A stretch of 58,252 nt of DNA, counting the filler, from Sphacelaria rigidula (Eukaryota), in NCBI GenBank assembly GCA_964200075.2. It is 9 parts of 9 records of this genome, joined end to end, with 100 filler letters (N's around TTAATTAATTAA, not from the genome) between each part and the next. Parts side by side here need not be neighbours in the genome. Positions count along the whole stretch, not along the records: positions 1 to 6,384 come from CAXNAA020020415.1; positions 6,485 to 12,868 come from CAXNAA020020416.1; 7 more parts are not named here. One strand, written 5' to 3'. How positions within the stretch are numbered: position 1 is the stretch's first letter; each line of letters opens with the position of its first letter. Both the position numbers and the translations under genes were made by a program. The notes under the pieces are model-generated. The model saw nothing but the letters and a program-made list of their open reading frames with translations. It did no database searches and was not told the origin of the DNA. Shown here piece by piece: positions 1 through 12,795 of this stretch.

Positions 1-164
1 TTCTTTTTTCATTGTTTCTCTTTTTTTTTCTTCACTTTTTTTTTTTCCCGTTCACCCCTTTAGCCAAACACATCACATACAGTGCGGCTTGACTGTTATG
101 CTTCTGAAACCAGCAGCACCCTCCTCAATAATGAAAACATCACAACACAAAACAACAGTACCAG

Positions 165-470
165 ATGAGCGGAGAAGGTAATACCGGAGCCGGTAGCAGC
201 GGAGCTAGCGGCGAAGCTAACCAGGGCGAGGGTGGGTTCCAAGACTCTGACGCCGACGTCAACATGACAGCGGGCGCGGAAGCTGGCGACGTTGGTGGCG
301 GGGGTAATGGTGGTGGCGGGGGAGATACGCTGGGTGGAGGGGAAAGTGAGGCCCTTCCTGCGTTGGCGGAGTCTCATCCCTCACATATTGAGCGCTTTTT
401 AGAGGAGGGGGGGGGAGAGGAGGAGGAGGAGGAGGAGGAGGATGAAGAACTACTCACCTTTTTTTCCTGA
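165..470 (+). other. Gly/Glu-rich ORF fragment, possibly the 5' end of a retroelement ORF1 or a first exon
   Basis: ATG-initiated MSGEGNTGAGSSGASGEANQGEGG... runs into a (GAG)n tract and then unrelated microsatellite DNA. No domain recognised. Confidence 0.3.
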
Positions 471-521
471 GTTTTGTTCGCGTTTACAAGGTTTGTGCTG
501 TTGTCGGCGTTGATCATTCGG

Positions 522-569
522 CGTTGTTGTTGCTGCTGCTGTTGTCGTTGTTGTTGTTGTTGTTGTTGT
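522..569. repeat. (TGT/TGC)n microsatellite
   Basis: Directly visible triplet repeat. Confidence 0.9.
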
Positions 570-1993
570 GATCGTTGTCGGCGTTTTGTTGGTGATGTTG
601 GGTCTCGCTGTGTTATCTTGTCCACACCCTGGATAATGACAAAATATATATTCAATAGTTGCAATAGAGACAATAAATGTACTGCGTAACGAGTAATCCC
701 GAGACATCCCTCCACAACAAGTGCACCGGAGACCGTCCGACAAACCGGCTGCGATCCCACAATTGGGGTCGTTTGCAGCAATTTCGTCCACATGAGAGAC
801 ATGTAGCAGTCCAAAATTAGCTATAACGCCCATATGAATCGCGTCGTGCAGCGCGAAACCAGCTCTAACGGCATCTATGATCATCGTCTCCGTGCACTTT
901 TTTGGCCGGTTCGGGGGGGGACTATCTCGGCAACAGTCTAACGTCTGGGCCTTGTGCGACTATTGTCGGCCGACAATAGTCGCAATAGCCCTATATTTTA
1001 CGCAGTACATTTCTTGTCTAATACAACTCCTGACCAGATATTGTGATTTCAGTGTCCAAGGTGTGGACTTTTCTCTGAGTTCGTTCTCCCTACCTCCTTT
1101 TGGGCTGCTTGGGTGTTTTTTTTTCTTCCTTCCTTCCCAACAGAACGTTGGGGCGATTGATTGAAGTCCAGTCTCTGAAAAAAAGAAGTACCCAGAGGTT
1201 TGGTACTCTGACTGCGCTGTATCGTGGGGGGGTTCAGAAGAAGAAAAACTACGAGGGGAAAGCTACAGAACGTACAGTAGTTACTGTAGTGCGCAATTTA
1301 GGTCGGGGGTGAGTGTTGTGTTTTTTTCTCGTGTGTGTGTGTGTGTGTGGGTGTGTGTGGGTGTTGCAAGAGGTTGCTAAAGTTTTCGTTGTATGTATGT
1401 ATGTGTGTGTTTTAATACCCGAGTCAACCGGAAAACTTGGGTGAAGATTTCTAGTACTCTTTTTTTTTCTTCTAGAATTTAGCGTGTACGCGTTAGTGTA
1501 ATGTCGGGTGTACTCCTTCCTGCCTAGCGTTAATCGTTCGCTTAATGATCGGCTTGGGTCTCGGCATCGCTGCGTAAGACGAGCGAAGCAACGCAATATT
1601 CTGAACGCGCGTGGGGAGAGGGGGGTGAGAGGTAGGAGTGACATTATCGGCTAGAAGTTCATGCATATAGCGGGTGGACAGGTTGCGTCATCACTCCCCC
1701 CTTTTTTTTTTCACTCTAAAGAGAGTAAAACACCCTTGAAAGTGTATTTGATTGGATTCCTGCTCTCGGTTTCACTGCTCTCCTGTGAAGACTAGAGGGG
1801 TGCTTCGCTGACTCAAAGCACATGAGCTTGACGAGCAGTCTCATGTTTTCATTTGCTGTCCCCAGTAACGGTTTCTGGGGTGGTGTACTTGGCCAAAACA
1901 TCACTGACATTACCACGTGTATTGACCGTTGCAGAAAGTCAGCGTGGTCCCCCCCCCCCCCCTCCCCCCCTCCTGAACCCGGTCGGGCGGAAA

Positions 1994-2060
1994 CCCGGCG
2001 TTTTAGGGATGCGAGGTCAATGGTCATATAACTATGGCATGCAAGGTCATGAGTACCCCC
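1994..2060 (+). repeat. Dispersed A/B module repeat, variant B
   Basis: CCCGGCG...AGGGATGCGAGGTCAATGGTCATATAACTATGGCATGCAAGGTCATGAGTAC-polyC matches copies at 21799-21885 (+) and 17813-17910, 38305-38372, 57015-57120 (-). Confidence 0.85.
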
Positions 2061-2848
2061 TCCCCCCCCCTCCCCTCCCTTTCTTTGAAATTATAGGTGT
2101 AGTTGTGGCTGAAAGTCCAGGCCCGCATTTCCAGTTGGGTTTTAAGTCTCTCGGGTGCAGGCTGTTTTCGAACTCGTGTCGAAGTTTTCTCTTGCTCCGG
2201 CGCCATTTCTTGTGGGTTGTAATTTGTTCACAGCTTATTTTTTTTCTTTCTTACATTTCTAGATCCACAGTCATAGAACAAACACAACGTAATTGATCAG
2301 AAGCTGGCGTGATATAGAGGGGGCAGGGGAGGGGAGAGGAGAAAAAGGGGTGGGTTCATTTGTGAGTGTTCCTCACCTCCTGTGGACAATTTTTGATTCA
2401 CCGTTGTAGGTTTAAGAAGTGTATCTAACACCCATAGCGGAAGGACCCGCAACAAACGATACTACAGGCACTTGTCGTTAAATATTATGCATTTATATAT
2501 ATGCATGTTGTCGAGATCTTGCGGTGAACAAAATAAGTTCTACGGTAGTGCGAGAACTAAAATCCTATGGTAGTGCGGCAGGTTGTGTTTATAAAAGAGT
2601 CAAGGTTGGCTTGAATCGCCGCCCGTGAACATACCTCGTAGCTTGGGGTATCACGGTGAGTGGGCGATTGAGAATGGGAACGGTGGGCATAATACCCACT
2701 TGCTGTCCCGACGTGTTGTATCAAAATTGAATTTTGCCTGTGTCTTTATGTTGATGCGTGTTCGGGATGACTGCGTATTTTACTCCATGTGCTGATGATG
2801 ATGTAAGCTCCGTTTTGCTCGGCGCACGTGTAGTTGGACGTCATGTCC

Positions 2849-2857
2849 CTGCTGTTG

Positions 2858-2894
<37 letters not shown>
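2849..2894. repeat. (GCT)n microsatellite
   Basis: Directly visible. Confidence 0.9.
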
Positions 2895-3520
2895 GTATGA
2901 ACGAAAAAAGAGGAAGGGACACAAATCGCAAGAAAAAATATCCTTTGTTACACGTCGGGGTTTATATATTGTGTGTAGCAGTATGCACTTGTTGTATGCT
3001 GGGGGCGTTTATGAGTGTAAAGACCGTGCCGTCAATGTTGACGAGGTACCTGCTGTACACGCACAGTTCGTCTCCGCGTGATCACCCCTTTCAACAGGGG
3101 GTTCGTTCGAAATTATTGAATCCGGGTGTGTGATTTCTGTATATATGCGTCGTGGTTTTTTTGGTGACCGAACTCGGATGGTGGTGCACATGACATATAT
3201 ATGTACGGCCATTGGGGCGTGTCAGTGCCCGGTTGTTGTTTCCTATTTTTTCTGTCTTTTGTTTTTTTCAAGATATTTTTTTGTTGCTGATACATTTTGG
3301 CATTTGTTTGCACGTGTGTATGTGGTCGGTCGCAAGAGACGGAGCGGAAATCTTTAGTTTAAGTGTCATTCATTCCACACGTTGCAAATCATTTGCGTAA
3401 TGTCTTACACGAGGAAGAGGGGAGGGGTTTGGTAGAGATAGTATCAGAGCGCGTTCAAGCAATAACGTTTTTTTTTCAAAATTGTCACCACCTCTATATA
3501 TGACCTCACCCACTTGCACA

Positions 3521-3556
3521 CGACTAAGGCAAGCAACAAATGAGTACGCCCCCCCC
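3521..3556 (+). repeat. Dispersed A/B module repeat, variant A (3' part)
   Basis: CGACTAAGGCAAGCAACAAATGAGTACG-polyC matches 25736-25827 and 21703-21771 (+), and 19245-19322 and 57131-57211 (-). Confidence 0.8.
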
Positions 3557-4825
3557 ACCCACTTGCTAATGACCCGGGCCCGCCAATGAAGGGACCTGAA
3601 GAAATGTACGTAAACAATGATTGGTACTATGGAAATGCCGCCAACCCTCTCTATAAGCCTAACCCTAACCCTGACGAAGGCATACCGAGAACCCTCGGGT
3701 AAGGGGGGTACAAAGTGTTCCTTCAGCAAAGTGTACGTTACCAGAGCTCAAATCGACGCCTTTGAGCCGATTGTGGACCCAAACACCTTCTGGATAAGCT
3801 GGGTTTACTGCTGACCACTGCTCACCTGCCCCAAATAAATCATGAATTTTCTCAGCACTTTATTCAGTCTGAAATCGAGTATCAACCATTGTTCACGAAC
3901 ATTTACTTGGGTCTACTGCCGCTAATTCGGTCCGTCGATTCAATGTCAACCCCGGGACTTTCATCCTCTCCTCCAGGTCGGCCATTTCTTTCTGTACTTT
4001 GCTTTTGTTGACTTTTTTTTATTATTTTTGTTATCTCTCTTACGTCATAGTCTACTATGTCGTTCTGTTTGACTTTTTTCACTTCATTATTTTCTTCAGC
4101 GAGTGTTTCAGTTTTACTTTTCGTTGGGTACGTCTATTATGCGAACTCACATCATGCGAACACGGATGGACCCCGGGGGGTTCAGTTAAAGTGCGACAAT
4201 CTATCGATCAATCAATTAATCAAATTCCTCAATCATGCTCCTCACACTGGGTGCGGTAACATCACACATCCCGTGAGTTACACCCTCCTTGCCCTCAGTG
4301 TTACCTCTTCAGAACTGGTCAACTCCAAGTCCCCGTCGTGTACCCACGCGCTCCGTACACCCTTTCACCGAGTAAGCAGTTGTCGCCTACGCCCCCTCTC
4401 CCGGATAGGATGGGCCGCACTAATCGTCTACGAGTGCCGCTTATTATATATGCATCCCTTGTTTTGTGCAATGTATACGGCAACATCTTCACATCTTCCT
4501 AACGTTTTCGCGAGATGGAAAGTGTAGCTTTTGATTTGCCGTTCGTATAATCGACACAATCTTCACTCGAACAGTCACCGCGTGACCCTTCGCGGATGAT
4601 CTGAGCGAGGGTTTAGTTCCCCTGCTGAATCGGCATCAATTTCACTTGGAAAAAGTCTGGGTGATCCAGATGGACTACGCGCACCGCGGTCTAAGGGTTA
4701 ACAACGTTCTCATGGGATGGAGAGTAGAGGACACGACCGATTGAAAGTGAAAAGCGGTCAATTATGATGAATAAACAGTTTCAGTTCCAAAATCCCCCTC
4801 CACAAGACCCGATACGCCTCCTGTA

Positions 4826-5275
4826 AACACGGGATCTTACAAATTGGGGATGGATCCTTCATTGGGGATGAGAAACCGGGCGGATTAAAATCTTCCTATC
4901 CACACCAAATCTTCAAAATACGGTTTCATTTCTTCACCTACTGATAGCTATTGACAACTGCTGCACGCCATAGAAATTTGGATTTCGATCACCGAAAGGT
5001 TAGGGTCCTAGGTGAAAAACCAATTAATTTGGGGAATTCCGGGTGTCCGAACGGGCGCCAAAATGGCTCCGAAATTGGTTTTTCAACTAGGACCCCGACA
5101 TTTCGGTGATCGAAATCAAAATTTCTGTGGCGTGTAGCAGTTGTCAATAGCTATCAGTAGGTGAAGAAATGATTCAGTATTTCGAAGATTTGGTGTGGAT
5201 AGGAAGATTTTATTCCGCCGGGTTTCTCATCCCCAATAAAAGATCCATCCCCAATAATTTGTAAGATCGCGTGTT
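4826..5275. mobile_element. Palindromic MITE copy 1 (~450 bp, ~200-bp TIRs starting AACACGGGATCTTACAAATTGGGG)
   Basis: Arms at ~4826-5025 and ~5075-5275 are near-perfect reverse complements, with TGTA on both flanks. Confidence 0.9.
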
Positions 5276-5326
5276 TGTAGTAGCTTGCCCCTAAAGCTCT
5301 TCTTGATACCCCGGAGTGGGATATCG

Positions 5327-5771
5327 AACACGGGATCTTACAAATTGGGGATGGATTTTTTATTGGGGATGAGAAACCCGGAGAAATAAAATCTTTATAT
5401 CCACACCAAATCTTCGAAATATGGCCCCATTTCTTCACCCACTGATAGCTACTGACAACTGCTACGCGCCATAGAAAGTTGGATTTCAATCACCGAAATG
5501 TTGGGGTCCTGGTTGGAAAAAAAATCGGAACCATTTTGGCGTCCGTTCGGACACCCGGAATTCCCCAATAATATTGTTTTTCAACTAGGACCCCAAAATT
5601 TCGGTGATCGAAATCCAAATTTCTACGGCGTGTAGCAGTTGTCAATAGCTATCAGTAGGTGAAGAAATGGGACCATATTTTTGAAGATTTGGTGTGGATA
5701 CGAAGATTTTAATTCTCCGGGTTTCTCATCCCCAGTAAAAGATCCATCCCCAATTTGTAAGATCCCGTGTT
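5327..5771. mobile_element. Palindromic MITE copy 2 (same family, central spacer in the opposite orientation)
   Basis: Same TIRs as copy 1. Its centre TTCGGACACCCGGAATTCCCCAA is the reverse complement of the copy 1 centre. A further fragment lies at 51870-51933. Confidence 0.9.
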
Positions 5772-6298
5772 AATCGGCGTGTAGCTGTTAGCCCACGGCA
5801 GTGTTATACGGGGAAGGAAAACACACGCAGAATGTGAAATTGGTCACGGTAAAGCGATTGATGAAACCCACTCTTAATCAATGCTCTACTCTCAATCTCA
5901 TGAAAGCGGTGTCGTCTCGTTAGGTTTTGACGAGACACCTGAATCATCATTCCTGTAGTTCACGCGTCTTTGATTTTCGTGGTCGCTGTTGTTGTTGCTG
6001 TTGCCATCAATCACCACCGGTCAGCAAGGGATCTTCGGGCATAACTGTTTACCTCCATCATCATCGAATATCTACGTGAGGGCCTGTGAGCATGAACTCG
6101 ATGCCATTGAATTTGGTATTGGTGTGATTTCTATACATAACGTTCTCGTGAGATTGAGAGTAGAGCGTTCATTGAGGGGGGATTTCAATATTTTGTTTTA
6201 ACCCTTCCGCAGCGAGCGTTGCCTCGGCACAGTTGTACAGGCTGAGACAGTCCCGAGACATCCGGGGGTTTCCAGAGCTCGGGGGGGGGGGGGGTTTT

Positions 6299-6338
<40 letters not shown>

Positions 6339-6384
6339 CCGAGCCCCGGGGAAGGCCGCGGGGCCAACAACTAACCCCCGGGCC

Positions 6385-6484
6385 NNNNNNNNNNNNNNNN
6401 NNNNNNNNNNNNNNNNNNNNNNNNNNNNTTAATTAATTAANNNNNNNNNNNNNNNNNNNNNNNNNNNNNNNNNNNNNNNNNNNN
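6385..6484. other. Artificial contig linker (N44-TTAATTAATTAA-N44); identical linkers at 12869-12968, 19353-19452, 25837-25936, 32321-32420, 38804-38903, 45287-45386 and 51770-51869
   Basis: Eight identical 100-bp spacers carry stop codons in all six frames. The intervening contigs are 6384 bp (five) then 6383 bp (four), as expected for length-sorted concatenation. Confidence 0.98.
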
Positions 6485-7229
6485 GAAAGCCGGTGAGAAG
6501 TAGCTCCCCCGAGTTCAACGGGGAGAGAAAATAAAGAAAGAAAAACAAACAACCAACAAAAATGCATATGTAAATTTCTCCGGACGCGGCACGCGTGTGT
6601 TGGCAGTCGCACCCTAGACGGCGATGCACATATGCAATCTGAAGCATATGCCCGCACGATCGATTGACTGGTAATACAGTACAGTACCACTACAACGAAC
6701 TGCAACAACCGTACACGAGCACCTATTTCCTTTACAACCCTTTTGTTCAGACCCGTGGACGAACGCCAAATTCGCGGGCCGTGAAATCGCCTCACTTTCA
6801 TCGTACTGACGCACAGGCGGGCTGTGGGCGGTGAGTTTATTGATCTATTGCGCGTACCAGCAAAGAAACGCGAAAGAAAAGGGCTTCCTCAACGTATTTT
6901 CGTCACTACCGACCCAAAGGAAGATCGCGGTATAATTCAGTACCGTGGCGTACGAAACAGTACCGCACACTCAGAAGGATTTTTGTTTAAATCTGAACGT
7001 TGCGAAACCAGCAGGCACTTGCCCGCACAATCAAACTTACGGCAAACTAGTAGTGCACGGTACAGTACAGTACAGTACGGTGCAATAGTGCTGCAGACAG
7101 TCAGCCATGAGTATAGACGAGCATGCGTTTTCTTCACATCAGCCGTTTGTTCAGACCCGCGGCCGAACGGTTCATCTTTCGTCGTCGATTTGAGGCTTTG
7201 AAGATAGCGAAAACTCGTCATTTTTAAAT

Positions 7230-10200
7230 TGGTCACATATAGGTGGGCCGTGGACGGTGAAGGCATTGCTATATTGTGCGTGTCGTTCAAGAAACAGGGG
7301 GGAAATTATTTTTTCAAGACATTTGATACGATAGCCCCCCCTCCAAAAAAAGTCCATGGTTTCCGGAGGCTGAATCTGCACGTAAATCGAAATGGGAAAA
7401 GCCGAGCTCAACGAGAACCTGGGAATTACCACGCTTTGGTTCGTTCTAGCCAATATCGCCAAAATGAGGCGCTTCATGCAGCCTCAATCCGAGCATCAGG
7501 CGCTGCATGGTCATTTTGTTCGTGACACTTTGAGATGATTGTTTTTTGGGGGGGGGGGGTATCATAGTCTGTGTCTCAAAATGGTACTTCCGCATTATCG
7601 AGAGGCGGCGGTGGGCTGGGTACCGGCCGCAGGACGTTAATGAAGTCCCTTATTTGAATGTATTGAATAGATACATTAATCATACAATAATCCATCCGCC
7701 ATGGACCCAAATATGGCGACAAGACGACCGCAATCATCCGCATAAAAAAACACGACTCAGAGGAAAGGAAGTTTTTTCCATCAAACAGAAAAGGAGCAGG
7801 ACGAAACAAAATGCAACTTAAAGTCGAAATCAAAACGAGGGAAAAATTGGATACGAAATAAAAGGGCAACACATGTGCAAAAAAACACTCGTGTATATGG
7901 TGACGGAGACACCCCGAAGAATACTAGACTGAATACCCAACCCAAGTAGGACAACGCCATACAGGAAGTGGCGTCGATAGAGCAATACATAAAACAGTGT
8001 CTCAAGGTGTGCGTCGCCATGTCCCCCCCTCCCCCGCCCTCCCGCGTGAGGCTATCCTAGGGAATATTGAGGTGTGTAACGCGTATTTTGCCATATGAGT
8101 CAAAATATCTCAGTACGAGCGAACTACAAAAGCATCTCCCATAGGTCTACACTTCATTGCAGCAAGCTGCCTAACGATAGGTGGTGTGATCGTTGGTGCG
8201 TCCAAGCATCAAGTCTGGTGGGCGCCGGTTGATGGAGGCGTCTTCCAACTAGTTCAGCAAGAAGATCGTGGCGAACGTTAACGCGTCGAACGTCATACCG
8301 GCGAGGCTAGCAAAATCCTTTAGGAGCTTGGAGTGGTTATTCTAGTGCACGTTCAGGTCCGCCCCGGGCAAATAACGACAACTTCTGAGGTCGGCGTCCT
8401 TCTGGCGGCACTCCTCGTTATGAATTTCCCTCGTGAAGCCCATCGTGTCCGAGGAACATTCCGCTGTTCCGAGACGAGCATGGGCGGGGTCCGCCAACCC
8501 TGGACTCTCGCAAAAAGTTGCATGAGGCACCATAGCCGGGCATCACGCTGTTGTCGTTCGTTCCACCTCCCCCTGAAACCGCGGACAAATATATCTGCAG
8601 GGCCTAAGCAGAATGTTCGGCCACCCCACGCTCTACTCCAGGTCGGATGAAGCGCTCCGCGATGACCAAACGCACGACCAAAAACGGGAGGAGCGATCAG
8701 CGAACGCAGCGGTATAACACGTAATGATATTGCTGGTCGAACGCAACATACCCCGGAGGCCGATCCCGCCCGGATTCCGGCGATCAACATCAACAAATTC
8801 GCGGAAACGTAAAGCGTGAAAAATATATCGCAAAAACAAACATTCTTGAAACGTATGAGGGGCGAGGAGCGAGGTGTGAAGAGGATGTACAGAAGGCGTC
8901 AAACCTGCCACAGGGCCCGCGTAGGATCGAAGTGCGTGGTTACTGAACGTTAGAATACATGCAAGAGAAGCACTACTCCCGTAGAATTGAAGGCGTTGTC
9001 GTTCTACCTGAGTAACGCTCGTCACTAGAGCATGACCTAGCTCGACCACCATCATCGTTACCGCAAAAAAAATAAGTGCAAGTGCGCAAAAGGAATCGAT
9101 AACGTCGTTGATTAGCTGCCGCAGTGAGTGGCGTGTTGTACAGCGTAATCGCCAACCCACGCCAGCCCCATAGGGGGGTCCGCCCCTACAAAATCGCAAC
9201 GGAGCACGCCGGACTAAACCTTGACCCGGCTGAAGATAGGGGGGGAGTCGAGCGACAGGCTGCCGGTGAACATTTCGCGACCGACTGAGCAAACCGAAAC
9301 ACCGTCCCGCAGCTTTTGGATTATGTGCATTTGTCTGAGGATATGAGCACCTGCACTGAATACAATACTTCTTTCATTCATGTCGTCCATACTCTCGTCA
9401 TTTCTTATTTTCTCTACATTAATTGCCGCGTGTAGAAGTATCAGTAGCAGCAGCGGTAGTAGTATCTGTATATTTCAGTATCAAGTGACTTACCGTAGAG
9501 CTCTGTTCCATTACTTGATTGTACTGTTCATCAATACACAAATAAATTAGGTTTTGTTTGTTTGTGGTTGATGTGTTCGACTTTGCTTCGATTATTGCAT
9601 GTAATTATATATTCATTAAAAGTTAGTGCGCCTAGCCTAAACCCCAAGCTTCTAAAATTCTGGGGAAAATACGTATAAAATGAACATCAAACTCCATTGT
9701 TAATAACAAAAAAACAATCAGTAACTTATTGTTCGTGATAAGTGTCATTTTATGGTCGCCTGTTTCCGTTTTTTTTATGGTCGCCTATTTTTCGGTTAGG
9801 GAGATGCTTCATAGTGTCGTGTAGATTCTGGAGCTCAGCAAATCACAAAACCCACCATTTATTGGTGAAGCACGGCGGCGTTCCCCCCTCCTCCTCATGT
9901 GCGTGGCAAGCCAGAGCCTGCAGGTCTTCGCTGGTGTGCGTGGCAAGCCCGACCGCCATTAGCTCAAACGTCGGATAACCTCGCTCCCTTTTCGCTGATA
10001 TCGTCCTGTGAGGGGAGGCGTTCGTCTCATTTTCAGGAAATGTGCGGGGTGGATAAGGTGGTTCATTGGGGAATGTTATGCGGTGCATACGTTCTAACGA
10101 TGCCTCTCGCGTGTTCGTGGGCACCGATCTGCGTCTGTGAATACCCATGCAACTATTAATAGCGAAAACCGTAGATGGCACCCCCATCGTGTCTGGAGAG

Positions 10201-12710
10201 AGGATAGGGCCAATTCATCCCCAGGTGAGGAGAACAGGGGAACGGGGGCAACATTCTTTTGTGTCAACACGAATGACTACTGCCTCCGGGATAGAGCCAG
10301 CGGTATATTTTGGCGCAAGAACGCATGCTAGGCGGTCAGCATCATCTTCCGTACCACATGATGGCTTGTGGTGCCTTCACGGAACTTCCCACGGGTGGAC
10401 ACAGTTGCAATACGGCCGACAGCGGGGAAATGGGCGTTGGAGCGGGCGGCAGAAACAGGTGATTTCGGCTCGTGGCCAATGCCCGCCCCGCCGACCACAT
10501 CCGACCTGGAATCGCGGAAAATGAATGGAGCGGGATCATCACGACATCTGGAACAGAGACGCCAAGCGTTATCGGGGCAAGAGCCCATGCCGGGGGGTGG
10601 ATATTATCTACCGTCTCCGCGTATCGCGTTGCCATGAGACCTCCCGGGGGCGGACCGGTTTGCAGCACGATTCAGGGCGGGGAGAATGCGGCGGAGATGA
10701 GGTCGTAAGCACCTGAGGTCGCCTCTCCACGAATGGCCGGTTCGCCGACGGCACCCGATTGTGATCGTGAAGGAGCAAGGGGAGTGGATGGCGCAGGGAG
10801 TGGCGGCGAGGTAGTGTAGAGACGGAGGCGGACGACGACAGAGAGGTTGTGGCCGCCCATTGCTGTTACCACAGATGTCGAACAATTCGACGAAGTATAG
10901 GTGACTCCCGTGTCCAACATCAGGTCGTTTGCATAGACGAAGCAAAATACGGGTACCTGCGGTGGCTGTGTGCTTGATGGATGAAGGTGCATTGGGAGGC
11001 GAACGAAGGTCTGTACGCTTGGGCTTGCCATGCACACGAGGAGGAGAGGATGCCGTCGTGCCCGGGCAATAAACGGTGGTTTTGTCATCAATGTGCTCTA
11101 GAATATACATGACAATATGTAGCGCTCCACGTACCAAAAAATAAGCAATTATTTAATACGAGTAGTAAATGCATACATACGTCACACAAATCACAAGCAC
11201 GAAGTTGTCAAATGATCATAATTCATGACTGAGCTTGATATTTATTTCTTTAATGTGTAGTCCAGGGTTTATGAAGGTTGGGGTTTGGGGTAGACGCACC
11301 ACGTTTCAATGAATAAATAATGGAATGGAAACGGAACAAAGTTAGGGTTAGTCAACCACAGACGGACGACAACCATATATTTCTTTAGTAATCGACGATG
11401 CAATCAACTACAAAAATGGACCTCTATGGTCACTTCATTGATAATAAGATATACTGATACTACTGCGGAAATTATGATGATAATAATAACTACCGCCGCG
11501 TGCTGCTACTACTGCTACAACTACGAGTGACTATAGAGTAAAAGTTGGGACCACATGAACGGCACAATAGTGTATGTAGGGCAGGTGCTCATACCCTCAA
11601 CTGCACATGGTCCAGAAGAGACGGGACGCTGTTTGGGGTTTGCTGAGTCGATCGCGGAAATATCTGGACAGCCTGTCGCTCAACTCCCCCCCCCTATCGT
11701 CAGTCTGGTTCCAATATAACCCTAACCCTAACCCTAACCCTAACCCCTATCGATGAACTTAACGACGGACATCACAACGACGACCACCACAAGAAGTACG
11801 CCTAACTGAATAGGTGACGGCAATTGTCCGGGACGAACCTGAACGTGCACGAGCAGCACCACTCAAAGCTTTCAAAGTATTCTGCTAGCCTAACCGGTTT
11901 AGCGCATTAACGTTCGCGGCGATCTTGCTGCACGAGTTCGAGAACGCCTCCGTCAACCGACGCTCGTCAGATTCGATGCTTGGACGCACCCACGATCACG
12001 CCACCGATCGTGATGAGGCTTACTGCAATTGACTGCGGACCCATGGGAGATGCTTCTTTGATACTTCGCCCGCGGTGAGGTCGTTTGACGCATACGGCAA
12101 AATGACCATGAAACAACTCAGCACTCCATACTATGGCCTCGCGGGGGGGGGGGGAAGGGGGGTGAGGGGGGCCACGTGACAACGCGCACCTGTGGATAAT
12201 GTTTAATGTAATGCTCTATCGGCCTCACTTCGCATCCGGCCTCGTCCTACTGGGCTTGTATATAAAGTCGAGTGTTGTTTTGTGTGTCCCCGTCGATGTT
12301 TGGGCGGTTCTTTTTTTTGGGGGGGGGGGTTCCTTCGCCCTCGTTATTTTGTTTTGATTAGTTCGCTGGTTTTGAATTAGAGTTATATATCTCTGCTATT
12401 TCTTCCTGCTCCTTTATTGTATTCGTCGAGATCGTTCAAATGTTTTTCCTCTGCGTCGTATTTTCTGTCTGGATCATCATGGCCGTATTGTGACGAAATC
12501 TGGCTTCGTAGCGGGTTGATTGATGCGTGAAAAAGCTATCGAATCAATACATTCACGGAAGGGACTTCATCAACTTAAGGGCGGTACCCAGCCCACCACC
12601 GCCTGTCGATAATGGAGAGGCACCTTGAGTTAAAGCCCCTTTTCCTGTCCCTTGAATCGTACGCACAATAGAGCAATGCCTTCATCGCCCACGGCCCACA
12701 TGTGCGTGAG
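7230..12710. mobile_element. Large diverged inverted repeat (foldback-like), arms ~7230-9935 and ~11000-12710
   Basis: Collinear reverse-complement blocks: 7240-7295/12640-12700, 7590-7670/12540-12625, 8130-8447/11748-12060, 9230-9355/11580-11705, 9625-9662/11260-11298, 9827-9935/11000-11102. Confidence 0.8.
11718..11748 (-). repeat. Interstitial telomere-like (TTAGGG)n; shorter or degenerate runs at 3657-3672 and 54410-54457
   Basis: AACCCTAACCCTAACCCTAACCCTAACCCCTA. Confidence 0.85.
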
Positions 12711-12746
12711 CAAGGGTGGGTAAAAACAATATCCCTGGACCACACT

Positions 12747-12795
<49 letters not shown>

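Larger units (their letters stand above)
4699..5912. mobile_element. ~0.3-kb MITE ('MITE-X', TIR ~TAACAACGTTTTCGTGAGATTGAGAGT) split by two nested MITE insertions
   Basis: Segments 4699-4825, 5276-5326 and 5772-5912 join into a sequence collinear with the reverse complement of the uninterrupted copy at 28278-28571. Confidence 0.8.

Noticed and set aside
780..884. Tyrosine-recombinase-like peptide (GVIANFGLLHVSHVDE) on the minus strand
   Set aside because: It lacks the catalytic Arg and the downstream HxxR/Y motifs, so it is too weak without an HMM search.
4826..5771. CRISPR-like or integron-like array
   Set aside because: The repeats are long inverted MITE arms without unique regular spacers, and no cas or integrase gene occurs in the window.
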